The translations under genes were made by a program, and so were the position numbers. Below the pieces are notes generated by a model. That model saw only the letters and a list, made by a program, of their open reading frames with translations, had not been told where the DNA came from and searched no databases. 64,000 nt of DNA from Gemmatimonadota bacterium. Lineage in GTDB: Bacteria; Gemmatimonadota; Gemmatimonadetes; Longimicrobiales; Gaopeijiaceae. The stretch covers positions 2,720,001-2,784,000 of the forward strand of contig JAXHMG010000003.1 in assembly GCA_034521595.1 (NCBI GenBank). Reading direction: 5' to 3'. This document shows, one piece after another, positions 38,096 to 48,407 of this stretch (positions are counted from its first letter, which is position 1; every line of letters begins with the position of its first letter).

Positions 38096-39571
38096 ATGCG
38101 CCACGACCCGGGCCCACGCCGAACAGCACGCGGCGCGGCCATTTCCCCGCACCGACACCGGCGAAGCGGCCGGCAACGTTTTTGGGCGACGGCGATCCTC
38201 CTCGCCGCGACGGCCTGTGCGAGCGGCGTGCCGGACGTCGGTCCGGCCGACGTGCCGCGGTTGGCCGAGGAAGCCTCCGAGCGCCCGGACGATCTCGAGA
38301 CGCGGACCAGGCTCGGCATCGCCCAGTACCGGGCGGGTAACGTCGACGCGGCGCTCGAGAACCTCCGGCGGGCGGTGGAAGACGGGCACGAAACAGGCCC
38401 CGCGCTCCTCCATCTCGGGCTCGCGCACGAAAGCCGCGAGGAGTGGGCCGAGGCGCGTGAAGCGTACGGGCGCTATCTCGACCGTGACGCCTCCGGAACC
38501 CTACGCTCCGACATCGAAAACCGCCTTCAGCTCATGGGGCGGAACCTGCTCCGCGAGCGGGCCCGGGAGGCGCTGGAGCTCGAGCGCCGGGTCGCCGACA
38601 GGGTGGAGCCGACTCCGCGATCGGTGGCGGTCCTTCCCTTCGGCTTCAACTCCGAGCGCGCCGATATCGAGCCGTTGATCTACGCTCTAGCGGACATGAT
38701 GAGCACCGACTTCGCCGTGTCCGACGCGCTCGTGGTGCTCGAGCGCGCCCAGGTTCAATCGTTGCTGGACGAGATGGCGTTGACGGAAGCAGGATATGCG
38801 GAAGAAGAAACCGGTGCCCGGGCCGGTCGCCTTCTGCGCGCCGAGCACGTGGTCCAGGGCGTCATCACCACGCTCGGCGGGGACCGGCTGCGCACGGACG
38901 CGAATGTCGTCAACGTGGCCTCGGGCTCCGAGGCCGGCGACCTGAACGAGACCGCGGCGCTCGAACAGCTCTTCGCCATGGAAAAGGCGCTCGTCATCCG
39001 CACCATTCGCGAGGTGCTCGGCGTCGAGCTCACGCCCGCCGAGGAGCAGGCGATCCTCGACAACCGCATGGACAACGTCCTCGCGTTCGTGGCGTACGGT
39101 GAAGGGTTGAGGGCGTTGGACCGCGGGAACTACGCGGACGCCGAAGAGCGTTTCCAGGCCGCGATCTCGCTCGAAGGAGGCAGCAACGACATGCTCGAAT
39201 CCGCCCTCGAAACGACCTCCGGCCTGAGCGAGGCCGAGGACACTGACACCGAGACGCTCGCGAGCCGAGCCCGAGCCCCCGGCGCCGTGGGCGGCGGACC
39301 GCTCGCCCCCCCTGCCGGATCGACGACCGGCGCCGAGGAGACGGGCGGAGATCTCTCGCAGGGCACCCTCACCAACGTGACCGAAGGCGTCGCCCCGACC
39401 CCGACATCGGGCCTGCTCGACCTCGGCTCCACCGATCAGGCGTACGAGCAGCCCAAGCAAACGGGAGATACCGAGCGTCAGCCGGTCGAAGAGGCGTCCG
39501 GCGAGAGCGGCATCGTCGGCTCCTCGGGCACGATCCGCCTGGTGATCCCGCGCCCCGGGGGCGAGCGTTGA
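38096..39571 (+). CDS. TPR + CsgG-like lipoprotein
   Basis: Lipobox ATAC; N-terminal TPRs; SVAVLPF, VLER..VQ.LLDE..L, ARAGRLL.A..VV.G; low-complexity tail. Confidence 0.8.
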   Translation: MRHDPGPRRTARGAAISPHRHRRSGRQRFWATAILLAATACASGVPDVGPADVPRLAEEASERPDDLETRTRLGIAQYRAGNVDAALENLRRAVEDGHETGPALLHLGLAHESREEWAEAREAYGRYLDRDASGTLRSDIENRLQLMGRNLLRERAREALELERRVADRVEPTPRSVAVLPFGFNSERADIEPLIYALADMMSTDFAVSDALVVLERAQVQSLLDEMALTEAGYAEEETGARAGRLLRAEHVVQGVITTLGGDRLRTDANVVNVASGSEAGDLNETAALEQLFAMEKALVIRTIREVLGVELTPAEEQAILDNRMDNVLAFVAYGEGLRALDRGNYADAEERFQAAISLEGGSNDMLESALETTSGLSEAEDTDTETLASRARAPGAVGGGPLAPPAGSTTGAEETGGDLSQGTLTNVTEGVAPTPTSGLLDLGSTDQAYEQPKQTGDTERQPVEEASGESGIVGSSGTIRLVIPRPGGER

Positions 39572-40722
39572 TCCGGGCTGCCGCGCGTGGGCCCCGAAGG
39601 GTCGGGGCGCTTCTCGTGACGCTCCTCGTGGTCGGCGCGCCCGAAGCGCACGGCCAGATCACGGTCGGCACGGGTCCGGAATTCAAGGGCTACGGATTCG
39701 ATCCCGGATTGGGCGCGGATGCCGCGGAGCTGTTCGTGCTCCCCGTCGCGGTGCGCGTCCCCGTGAGCGATCGCTTCGGCATCGACGTCTTCAGCGCGTG
39801 GGCCCGGGGACGCGTCGAGGTCGACGACACCAACCTGGAGCTCTCGGGGCCCGTGGACACGCGAATTCGCATGAGCGCCGAGGCCGCGCCGTGGGCGCGG
39901 GTGACGGTAGGCGCGCAGCTCCCCACCGGCCACGCATCGCACGACTCCGAGGAGGCGGTCGTCGCTTCGGTGCTCGCGACCGACCTCCTCGGCTTCCGGG
40001 AAAGCAACTGGGGCTCGGGCACGGCTCTCACCACCTCGGTCGCCACCGCCACCCGCGCAGGATCGTGGGGCATCGGCGCCGCGGCGGCGTACGCCCTGCG
40101 CGGCTCGTTCCGTCCGAGCGCGGACGTCGACTCCGTCCGCTACACGCCGGGGAACGAGTCCCGAGTGCGGGTGGGGCTCGACCGCAATTTCGGGAACAAC
40201 ACCCTGACGCTCGGGGGCACGTTCATCACCTACGCGGAGGACCAGGCGAACGGACGCAACCTCTTTCGCTCGGGCGACCGCTTCCGCTTCGACGCCAGCT
40301 ACCAGTTTCGAGCCTCGGCCGGGCTCTGGACGCTGTATGCAGCCGACGTGATACGATCCAATGGAGACCTGACGCTCCGGCTCGCCGGCGGATCCGGCGG
40401 GGCGGCCGGGGACACGACGGTAGCCACGGCCGACCAGAACATGCTGGTGGCTGGTCTGGTGGGCGCGATCGGTTTAGGCTCAGGGTTCGTGTTTCGCCCC
40501 CACCTCGATCTCAAGCTCCAGGCGAGAACCGAGCCCGACGGATCCGACGCCGGATCCGGTTGGATGCTCGCGGCCGGTGGGGACATTCCGGTTCGGCTGT
40601 TCGGTCGGTCGGAGCTCTTCCCCCGTGCGCAGGTGCTCGTGGGCTCGATCCGCGACCGGCAGGGCGAATCGGTCCCGCTGCTCGGCTTGGAGCTCAAAGG
40701 CACGCTCCGCTGGTCACCTTGA
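39568..40722 (+). CDS. Putative outer-membrane beta-barrel
   Basis: Signal peptide, alternating amphipathic strands, aromatic near the C-terminus; 4-nt overlap with upstream gene. Confidence 0.68.
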   Translation: MIRAAARGPRRVGALLVTLLVVGAPEAHGQITVGTGPEFKGYGFDPGLGADAAELFVLPVAVRVPVSDRFGIDVFSAWARGRVEVDDTNLELSGPVDTRIRMSAEAAPWARVTVGAQLPTGHASHDSEEAVVASVLATDLLGFRESNWGSGTALTTSVATATRAGSWGIGAAAAYALRGSFRPSADVDSVRYTPGNESRVRVGLDRNFGNNTLTLGGTFITYAEDQANGRNLFRSGDRFRFDASYQFRASAGLWTLYAADVIRSNGDLTLRLAGGSGGAAGDTTVATADQNMLVAGLVGAIGLGSGFVFRPHLDLKLQARTEPDGSDAGSGWMLAAGGDIPVRLFGRSELFPRAQVLVGSIRDRQGESVPLLGLELKGTLRWSP

Positions 40723-40726
40723 CGAA

Positions 40727-41815
40727 ATGAGCCCTCAGATTCGACGCATCGCCATCAACACCGGAGGCGGAGACGCCCCCGGCCTCAACGCCGTCATCCG
40801 CGCCGTCGTGCGCTCGGGCGAGCGGCTCGGTTGGGAGATCTACGGGATCCTCGACTCCTACGACGGACTCTTCCGGGAAAACGGCGTCGTTCGCCTCGAC
40901 CGGGATTCCGTGCGCGGCATCACGCACCAAGGCGGCACCATCCTCGGGACCACGAACCGGGGGAACCCGCTCCGGTACCCGGTGACCGACGACGACGGGA
41001 CGGTGCGGTACGAGGACCGGTCCCAAGCGGTCATCGACGCATTCGAGGAGCGGGGCCTCGACGCGCTGATCGCCGTCGGGGGGGACGGCTCCCTCGAGAT
41101 CGCGCACGGCCTCCACGAGAAGGGCCTCAACGTCGTCGGCGTGCCGAAGACCATCGACAACGACCTGGCCGCCACGCAATTCACCTTCGGCTTCCTCACC
41201 GCGGTCGAGACGGCGACCGACGCCCTCGACAAGCTCCACTCCACGGCCGAAGCGCACGAGCGTGTCATGGTCGTGGAGCTGATGGGGCGCCACGCGGGTT
41301 GGATCGCGCTCTTCGCCGGTCTCGCCGGGACGGCCGACGTCATCCTCATCCCCGAGATCCCCTATGACATGGACCGGGTCTGCGAGAAGGTCCAGTCCCG
41401 GTATCTGGAAGGGCGGAACTTCGCGATCGTCGTGGTCGCCGAAGGAGCGTTCCCGGCCGGAGGGGAGCCGAGCTTCAAGATCGCGGGAAGCGGCGAGAAG
41501 CGGCTGGGCGGGCTCGCGCACGAGGTCGCCACGGACATCGCCGAGCGAACCGGACGGGAGACGCGGGACCTGGTGCTCGGTCATCTCCAGCGAGGAGGTG
41601 GGCCGATCGCCTACGATCGGCTGCTCGCGCTGAGGTTCGGTGCAGCCGCGGTGAAGCTGGTCTCCGAGGGCTGCTTCGGATGCATGGTCGCGCTGGACCC
41701 TCCGGAGGTGCTCGCCGTGCCGCTCCAGGAGGCCATTCAGGGAACGAGGCTGGTCCCGCTCGATGGTGACGTCGTCGCCACCGCACGGGCGATGGGAATA
41801 TCGTTGGGCGACTGA
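40727..41815 (+). CDS. pfkA: 6-phosphofructokinase (Gly104/Lys124 type, probably ATP-dependent)
   Basis: TGGGDAPGLN, GGTILGT, GGDGS, PKTIDND, MGRHAGW, LGHLQRGG. Confidence 0.93.
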   Translation: MSPQIRRIAINTGGGDAPGLNAVIRAVVRSGERLGWEIYGILDSYDGLFRENGVVRLDRDSVRGITHQGGTILGTTNRGNPLRYPVTDDDGTVRYEDRSQAVIDAFEERGLDALIAVGGDGSLEIAHGLHEKGLNVVGVPKTIDNDLAATQFTFGFLTAVETATDALDKLHSTAEAHERVMVVELMGRHAGWIALFAGLAGTADVILIPEIPYDMDRVCEKVQSRYLEGRNFAIVVVAEGAFPAGGEPSFKIAGSGEKRLGGLAHEVATDIAERTGRETRDLVLGHLQRGGGPIAYDRLLALRFGAAAVKLVSEGCFGCMVALDPPEVLAVPLQEAIQGTRLVPLDGDVVATARAMGISLGD

Positions 41816-41910
41816 GGTTCGAAGGACGCCCGGATCCGCAAACGCGCGGGGCGTCGGGGACCGGATGCAGCTAGCGGCCCCGTCGGCTCGCCCGAACACG
41901 AAGTGAAGCC

Positions 41911-42042
41911 ATGTCGGAAACGCCCCCTCCGTCCAAGAGCGAAGCCCGCGCCAAGTTCCGGCGGACGCTCGTCCAGGTGCTGGTGGTCCAGGCCGTCGCG
42001 CTGGCCGTGCTCGCGTTTCTCCAGATCAGGTACGGCTCCTGA
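41911..42042 (+). CDS. 43-aa single-TM protein coupled to the symporter
   Basis: MSETPPPSKSEARAKFRRTLVQVLVVQAVALAVLAFLQIRYGS*; TGATG overlap with the next ATG. Confidence 0.7.
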   Translation: MSETPPPSKSEARAKFRRTLVQVLVVQAVALAVLAFLQIRYGS

Positions 42043-43730
42043 TGCATTGGCTCAACTGGGTCGTCGTCGGGGTCTACCTCGTGTACGTCGTCGTCGACGG
42101 CATCCGGAAGTCCAAGGGAACGGACTCGCTGGCGGGCTTCTTCGTCGCCAACAGGAGTCTCTCCTGGTGGGTGGTCGGGCTGTCGGTGATGGCCACGCAG
42201 CTCTCCGCCATCACGATGATCGGGACCCCCGGCCAGGGGGCGACGGACGGCATCCGGTTCGTGCAGTTCTACTTCGGGCTCCCCATCGCGATGGTGATCC
42301 TCGGAGTCACCCTCGTGCCGTTCCTTCACGGCTCGGGTGTGTACACCGCCTACGAGTACCTGGAGCGGCGGTTCGACGCGAAGACCCGGTCGCTCACCGC
42401 GTTCCTCTTCCTGCTCTCGCGCGGGATGGCGGCGGGCACGATCATCGCGGCTCCCGGTGTCGTTCTGAGCGCGATCTTCGGCATACCCCTCTCGTGGGCG
42501 GTCGCGCTCATCGGTGTCCCGACGGTCATCTACACGATGGTCGGTGGCGTGCAAGCCGTGGCTTGGGCCGACGTGAAACAGATGTTCCTCATCGTCTTCG
42601 CCCTGCTGGCGATCGTCGTGGTGCTCATCGTGAAGATGCCGGTGAACCCAGACGACGCCCTACGGATCGCGGGGGCGACGGGGCGGCTCGAGACGTTCGA
42701 CTTCTCCTTCGACCTGACCGAGACCTACACGTTCTGGAGCGGCATCATCGGGGGCACCTTCCTGATGCTCTCGTACTTCGGCACGGACCAGAGCCAGGTG
42801 CAGCGGTACCTGACGTCCCGCTCCATCGACGAAGCCCGAAGCTCCCTCCTGATGAGCGCGTACTGGAAGATCCCCCTGCAGGCGCTGGTGCTTCTCGTCG
42901 GCATCGGGATCTTCGTGTACTACCAGTTCGTCCGGCCACCGCTTCTCTACAACCCGGCCCACGAACAAGCCGTGGTCGATACACGCGGCGCCGAATACTC
43001 CGCGCTGCAGGAGCGTTACGAGGAGATGTTCTCGCTACGGTCGGACGCCGCCCTGGCGACGGCGAACGCCGAAGCCGACACCGAAAGCGCCGCCGGTATG
43101 GAGACGTTTCTGGAGCGCGAGGCCGATATCCAGGGCATCCGCGCCGAAGCGCTGACGATGGCGGAAGAAGTCACCGGCGAGTCGTCCCGGGACGTCAACT
43201 ACATCATCCCGCGCTTCGCCCTGTCGGAGCTCCCCATCGGGTTGGCGGGGCTCTTCATCGCGGGCGTCATCGCCGCCGCGATGTCGAGCATCTCGTCCGA
43301 GCTCAACTCGCTCGCCACGACGAGCATCATCGACTTCTACCGGCGCTGGGCACGCCCGGAAGGAACCGACGAGCACTACCTGCTGGTTTCCAAGGGAGCC
43401 ACCGCCTTCTGGGGACTATTCGCATGCATCGTCGCGACGTACGCCGCCACGCTCGGATCACTCATCGAAGTGGTCAACCGGTTCGGCTCGTTCTTCTACG
43501 GGTCGATTCTCGGCGTCTTCCTGTTGGCCATGATCCCGTGGGCGAAGGGGCGGGGCGCCTTCTACGGCTTGATCGCGGGGATGAGCTTCGTCGGGTTCGT
43601 GAACTTCCGCATGCCCGAGATCGCGTTTCTCTGGCACAACGTGATCGGGGCCGTGACCGTCGTGGTCGTGGGCCTCGTGCTGAGCGGCTTCGGCCCGCGA
43701 AATGCACCTAGCGCGAGCGACACCGCCTGA
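42042..43730 (+). CDS. Sodium:solute symporter (SSS)
   Basis: SVMATQLSAIT, YEYLERRFD, GGVQAV.WAD, GTDQSQVQRYL, AAAMSS..SELNSL. Confidence 0.93.
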   Translation: MHWLNWVVVGVYLVYVVVDGIRKSKGTDSLAGFFVANRSLSWWVVGLSVMATQLSAITMIGTPGQGATDGIRFVQFYFGLPIAMVILGVTLVPFLHGSGVYTAYEYLERRFDAKTRSLTAFLFLLSRGMAAGTIIAAPGVVLSAIFGIPLSWAVALIGVPTVIYTMVGGVQAVAWADVKQMFLIVFALLAIVVVLIVKMPVNPDDALRIAGATGRLETFDFSFDLTETYTFWSGIIGGTFLMLSYFGTDQSQVQRYLTSRSIDEARSSLLMSAYWKIPLQALVLLVGIGIFVYYQFVRPPLLYNPAHEQAVVDTRGAEYSALQERYEEMFSLRSDAALATANAEADTESAAGMETFLEREADIQGIRAEALTMAEEVTGESSRDVNYIIPRFALSELPIGLAGLFIAGVIAAAMSSISSELNSLATTSIIDFYRRWARPEGTDEHYLLVSKGATAFWGLFACIVATYAATLGSLIEVVNRFGSFFYGSILGVFLLAMIPWAKGRGAFYGLIAGMSFVGFVNFRMPEIAFLWHNVIGAVTVVVVGLVLSGFGPRNAPSASDTA

Positions 43731-43743
43731 CCCGGACGCATCC

Positions 43744-44268
43744 GTGCCGCGAGCCACGGGGTCCCTAACTGCGCTCGGCCGCCTCGGCCTGAGTGTGGCG
43801 GCGACGACCGTCGTCACGGCCTGCGCCTTCGAGGCGGAGTCCCTTCCCGTGGAGTGTAGGGTCACACGCAGCGGCTCCGTCACCGCCGCCGACACCCTAT
43901 ACGTCGACTTCGAGCTGCAGGACCCCCTCGGGCCCGGAGCGGACCTCCGAGCCATGGTGCGCGTGGATCCGCTGGACGAGATCGGCACGGTGGAATTCAG
44001 CGGCTCCGTGCCGCCGAGCACGGCCGCCGTGAGCGCGACGCTGATCCCGGGCGACGCCTTCTACGGCTGTCTGGGAGAAGCTCCGGAACGCGTCCGACTG
44101 CGGGCACCGCGCACGCCCCATGGGAGGGCCTGGATTCGGGTTTCCGCCGATCGCCCCGTAACGGTGCGGCTCCACCCGAACCATCGCCCGCCGGACTCCG
44201 CGCCGACACTCACCGTCCTCCCCGGCACCTCCGCCGAGACTCGGTGGAGCCGGCGGAGCGAACCGTGA
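43744..44268 (+). CDS. Hypothetical (lipo)protein
   Basis: Hydrophobic stretch with VTAC; co-oriented with the operon; start uncertain. Confidence 0.5.
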   Translation: MPRATGSLTALGRLGLSVAATTVVTACAFEAESLPVECRVTRSGSVTAADTLYVDFELQDPLGPGADLRAMVRVDPLDEIGTVEFSGSVPPSTAAVSATLIPGDAFYGCLGEAPERVRLRAPRTPHGRAWIRVSADRPVTVRLHPNHRPPDSAPTLTVLPGTSAETRWSRRSEP

Positions 44269-44747
44269 GCCCCGCAAGAGGTTCGGCAGCTCGGCGCGAG
44301 CGTCAGGCCGTCGGTCTGGCCATCGGCTGGACCCTCCTTCTCGTAGCGCTGGCCGCCGTATGGATCCGGAGCCCGGTGTTGGGAACCGGCGCCGCGTTCG
44401 TGATCTGGTCCGCACCGGCCGGGGCGTTCGGCTTCGTGAGCTGGCGGTGGCTTCGCGCGCGCCGCATCGAGGAGATTCCCACGAGCCGCGCGACTCTGGC
44501 GGCCGTCGCCGCGTGTTGGATCGGCGGGCTGGCCCTCGCGACGACGCATGTCGGGCCGACCCTGGCTCTGGACGGGCTCATCATGCGCCGGCCGCTCCTC
44601 GCCTCGAGCGGCCGGGCGCTGACCTGGCTGCCCCTCGTCATCGGGCTGGGGCTCGCCGTCGCGGGACTCTCGGCTAGCTTGGAGGCGCGTTACCGCCTTC
44701 GGTCTCGCTCACCCATGCGCGCCACGACTCCGGGTCGAGCGAGATGA
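44265..44747 (+). CDS. Hypothetical membrane protein (about 4 TM)
   Basis: Hydrophobic segments; GTGA overlap. Confidence 0.55.
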   Translation: MSPARGSAARRERQAVGLAIGWTLLLVALAAVWIRSPVLGTGAAFVIWSAPAGAFGFVSWRWLRARRIEEIPTSRATLAAVAACWIGGLALATTHVGPTLALDGLIMRRPLLASSGRALTWLPLVIGLGLAVAGLSASLEARYRLRSRSPMRATTPGRAR

Positions 44748-47391
44748 GGTTGGCGAAGAGCCGATAGGCACCCGGGACCCGCTGCGACCACTGACGGAAG
44801 AACGAGAGGGCAGCGTAGGCGTAGACGCCGTCCCCGACCGACGAAACCAGGAGCGAGCCCCGGCGCGGCGGCTCACCCGGATCGTTCATCTCGAGCATCG
44901 GGCGGTACGCATCGTCCCACTCGCTGGCGAAGTAGAGTCCGCGCTCCTGAACCCAGCCTTCGAAGTCCTCCGGTCCGATCCGGTTCGGCGTCGTGAACAC
45001 GGGCGCGTCGGGCTCCAGGATCGTCACCGGTTGCGTCTCGACCGAGACCCGGGCCGCCGGGCGGTCGATCGAGAGACCGTGGGGCGCGAACCCACCGTTG
45101 GAGAACTGGTATTGGTTGTACTGGTTCACCACCACGCCACCGGCCCGGGCGAAGTCGAGGATCTGTTCGTTCGCGGCGCGCACGTCGGGTCTCGCTTCGT
45201 AGGCCCGGACGCCGAGCACGAGCACGTCGAAGTCGTCGAAGTCGCCGTCCCGCACCCGGTCCTCGCCCAACAGCTCGACGTCCGCGCCCATCTGCCGGAT
45301 CGCCTCGGCTCCGTCGTCGCCGGTCCCCATGATGTAGCCGACACGGAGCTCCTCCGGCACCCGTACGGGCACCACCGCCACCCGGGTCTCAGCCGGTTCG
45401 AAGAGGGCCGCCCTCTCGATGTGGTCGTAGTCGATGAGCGAGAAACCCTCTTCGTAGCGCGCCCCGGTCTCGTCCGTGGCCACGGCACGGAATATCTCCT
45501 CGCCGGCATCCACCACGTCGCCCGGGGTCACCGAATAGGAAAGCGAGCGCTCCGACCCGGCGGCCGGGAGGTCGAACGCACGCGTGTCCGGGCTCACGCG
45601 CCATCCGGCGGGAGCCTCCAGCCTCACCATTCCCCGCGCCCCTTCTTCCGCCTCCGTCCGCACGGCCACGGTCACTTCGCGCGTCTCGGACAGGGTCTCC
45701 GGCCACGCCATTCCACTCGGCTGCGTGGTCACGGACACCCGTGGAAGCACGAGGACCGGCTCGACGAACTCCCCGTACGCCTGATCGACTCCGACGTAGC
45801 GCCAATCGGCTTCGTGGCGGACACGGACCGCGCCCGCCGAGCCTTCCACGGTGAGGGTCGCGCGTCCCACGACGTCCGCAGGATCCCTGGGAAGCCCCCA
45901 GAGCGAGCGATCCTCCGGCCACCGGTACATGGGCCCGTCCCGCTCTTCCCGGAGATAGTAGAGACGCGAGACGTCGGCGTCCTCCGGCACCTCCACCTCG
46001 AAGCGCCATGTCGCCAGAGCTCCGGCCGGGATCCTCCCGTCGTCGGTCACTCCCTCGAGCCCGACCTGGCGTGTCTCCCACGCCTCTCTCGGTCGCAGCG
46101 ACACCTCGGGAGCGCGCACCGACGCGCCGCCTCCGTTCCACAGAAGCGCCTCGACCTCCACGGTCTGTCCGGGCACCACGATGTCGTCTTCGGCCCGAAC
46201 GTCGAACACGACGCCGGCCGCGGCCATCAGCGCGCGCTCCGTGAGGGAGCGTTTGTGTGCCAATTCCCGTGCGAGCCCGGTCCCGGATTCCACGGTTTCC
46301 GCCGCTGCATCGAGCGCGGCCAACGCCTGCGTCAGATCGTCGACGATCGTCCCGGGATCGAGTGAGAACCCGTCCCGGGCCCGCGCGACCGCCGCTCGAT
46401 ACGCCTCCAGGTGATCCGCGGCCGCCGCGGCCACCTCGTCCGGCAGCGGTTCCGTGAGGCCGACGAGCGTCGTGTCGATGCCGGAAAAGAGCCCCTCCTC
46501 GGCATTCGGAACCCGGGCGTCCACGACCACCGCGCCGGAGCTCCGCGGGCCCGCCGGCTGCGCCGTCCCCATGTCCTGGGAGCGGTGCTGACTTCGGCCC
46601 TCCATCGCGAGCTGGAAGCTCGAGCGCCCCAACAGGGGATCGAAGCGGCCGATCGGGACCACGATCTCACCCTCGATCTCCGGGGCGTTCGGCGCGAAGC
46701 GGCGCCGGGAGGTCCGCAGGAGCTTGGCGGGCGCCCAGGGCTCGATGTCTCCCGAGAGCTGCTCGGGGTATCGCTCCGGGTCACCGGCCGCGGCGAACGC
46801 CTCACGCGCCATGATGCCCGCCGCCTGGTGATGGCCGTGCCCGTCACTGGGCGTGCCGCTGAAGACCGACACGACCACGTGCGGCCGGAAGGTGCGGATG
46901 GCCCACACGACGTCTCGAAGCAGCTCGTCCTTCTCCCAGAACGTCAAGGTTTCCTCGGCGGTCTTGGAGTATCCGAAGTCGAACGCGCGTGTGAAGCGCT
47001 GTCGCCCCCCGTCGAGCTCGCGGGCAGCTTCGAGCTCTCCCGTGCGTATGACCGCGAGGCCCTCGAACAGCTCGGGGCCGATGAGGTTTTGCCCTCCCCC
47101 GCCGCGCGTGAGCGACAGATAGGCCGTTTCCGCTCCCATCCCGCGCGCCACGGCGGTCAGGAATCCCGTGTCCTCGTCGTCGGGATGCGCGCCGATCATG
47201 AGCACCCGCTTCACCCCCTCGAGCCGGCGAAGGAGCAACCCGGCCGCGACCGTTCCCGTGCCGTCCAACGACTGCGCGGTGACGGTGGACCCGACGGCGC
47301 CCGTGCCTACCGCGGCCCAGGGGTTCAGGGGAGCCGCGAGCGACAAGAGAAGAGCGGTCAGGAGTGCTCGGGCATGAAGGGTCGGAGTCAT
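44674..47391 (-). CDS. Exported PIG-L/LmbE deacetylase with NEW3 and GATase-like domains
   Basis: AHPDDED, TRG.GGQN.IG.E, RAFDFGYSK, HGHH, SQHRSQ, GWVQERGLYF. Confidence 0.9.
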   Translation of the reverse strand: MTPTLHARALLTALLLSLAAPLNPWAAVGTGAVGSTVTAQSLDGTGTVAAGLLLRRLEGVKRVLMIGAHPDDEDTGFLTAVARGMGAETAYLSLTRGGGGQNLIGPELFEGLAVIRTGELEAARELDGGRQRFTRAFDFGYSKTAEETLTFWEKDELLRDVVWAIRTFRPHVVVSVFSGTPSDGHGHHQAAGIMAREAFAAAGDPERYPEQLSGDIEPWAPAKLLRTSRRRFAPNAPEIEGEIVVPIGRFDPLLGRSSFQLAMEGRSQHRSQDMGTAQPAGPRSSGAVVVDARVPNAEEGLFSGIDTTLVGLTEPLPDEVAAAAADHLEAYRAAVARARDGFSLDPGTIVDDLTQALAALDAAAETVESGTGLARELAHKRSLTERALMAAAGVVFDVRAEDDIVVPGQTVEVEALLWNGGGASVRAPEVSLRPREAWETRQVGLEGVTDDGRIPAGALATWRFEVEVPEDADVSRLYYLREERDGPMYRWPEDRSLWGLPRDPADVVGRATLTVEGSAGAVRVRHEADWRYVGVDQAYGEFVEPVLVLPRVSVTTQPSGMAWPETLSETREVTVAVRTEAEEGARGMVRLEAPAGWRVSPDTRAFDLPAAGSERSLSYSVTPGDVVDAGEEIFRAVATDETGARYEEGFSLIDYDHIERAALFEPAETRVAVVPVRVPEELRVGYIMGTGDDGAEAIRQMGADVELLGEDRVRDGDFDDFDVLVLGVRAYEARPDVRAANEQILDFARAGGVVVNQYNQYQFSNGGFAPHGLSIDRPAARVSVETQPVTILEPDAPVFTTPNRIGPEDFEGWVQERGLYFASEWDDAYRPMLEMNDPGEPPRRGSLLVSSVGDGVYAYAALSFFRQWSQRVPGAYRLFANLISLDPESWRAWVSETEGGNAPPS

Positions 47392-47477
47392 GATGTCGTC
47401 CTCACGATCGTCTTGGAGATGGCCGTCGGGTAACGTCCGCGCTCGGATCCGTGGCCGAACGGGACGGTGCCGCACCG

Positions 47478-48407
47478 TCAAGACTCGTCCCGCGGCCAAG
47501 GCATGGCCAGGGATGCGGGCGCGCGGACCCTTCCGACCCACCCGGCGAGGGCCGCGAGCGTGAGCAGATAGGGGAGCACGAGGAAGAGCTGATAAGGGAC
47601 CTCCAGCCCCAGCGCCTGGAGCAGGAACTGCAGGGCGGACGCTCCTCCGAAGAGGAGGGCGGCCACCAGCACCCACGGGGGGTTCCAACGACCGAGCACC
47701 ACCACCGCGATCGCGATGAAGCCTCGACCCGCGCTCATGTTCTCGGCGAACGTGCCCGCGTGCGCCAACGCCAGGTGCGCGCCCGCGACGCCCGCCAGGG
47801 CGCCGCCGAATACGATGGCCCAGAAGCGGATCCAGCGCACCCTCACGCCGGCCGCGGACGCCGCGTCCGGATCCTCGCCGGTGGCCCGGAGCTCCAGCCC
47901 CCATTCGGTTCGGAACAGGAAGTACCAGAGCAGGGGAGCGAGCGCGTAGGCCAGATACGCCGTCGGAGCCTGGGCGAACAGGGCCGTGCCCAACCACGGA
48001 ATCTCGGACAATCCGGGGATCGACACCGAGGTCAGGGTGGGCAGGCTCAACGCGGTACCGGTCGTGCCGAAGCGCGCCTGGTAGATCGCGCCCGTCATCC
48101 CGAGCCCCCCGAGGGTGATGGCCGTCCCCGTGATGATCTGGTCGGTTCCCAGCCCCACCACGAAGACGGCGAAGACCAGCGCGACCGCCGCTCCGGCCAC
48201 GGCGCCCACCGCCACTCCCTGCGTCGCGTCGACGAGCCAGAGGCTGCCGAGCGCGCCACCGAGCGCACCCGCGATGATCGATCCTTCGAGCCCGATGTTG
48301 ATGACCCCGCTGCGCTCGGCGATCGCCTCCCCCATCGCCGCGAGCGCGAGCGGTATACCGAGGCGAACCGCGGCTTCGAGAAACAGCACCAGATCCGTGC
48401 TAGCCAC
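47478..48407 (-). CDS. Nucleoside/sugar ABC permease
   Basis: ERSGVINIGLEG, GLELRATGEDP, GRGFIAIA..VLGRW.P. Confidence 0.9.
   Translation of the reverse strand: MASTDLVLFLEAAVRLGIPLALAAMGEAIAERSGVINIGLEGSIIAGALGGALGSLWLVDATQGVAVGAVAGAAVALVFAVFVVGLGTDQIITGTAITLGGLGMTGAIYQARFGTTGTALSLPTLTSVSIPGLSEIPWLGTALFAQAPTAYLAYALAPLLWYFLFRTEWGLELRATGEDPDAASAAGVRVRWIRFWAIVFGGALAGVAGAHLALAHAGTFAENMSAGRGFIAIAVVVLGRWNPPWVLVAALLFGGASALQFLLQALGLEVPYQLFLVLPYLLTLAALAGWVGRVRAPASLAMPWPRDES

Noticed and set aside
37167-39571. Curli biogenesis locus
   Set aside because: No csgA/B/E/F-like genes; the CsgG-like domains are fused to TPRs
47392-47997. N-terminal extension making the PIG-L protein 1107 aa
   Set aside because: Overlaps the ABC permease out of frame; signal peptide begins at ATG 47391
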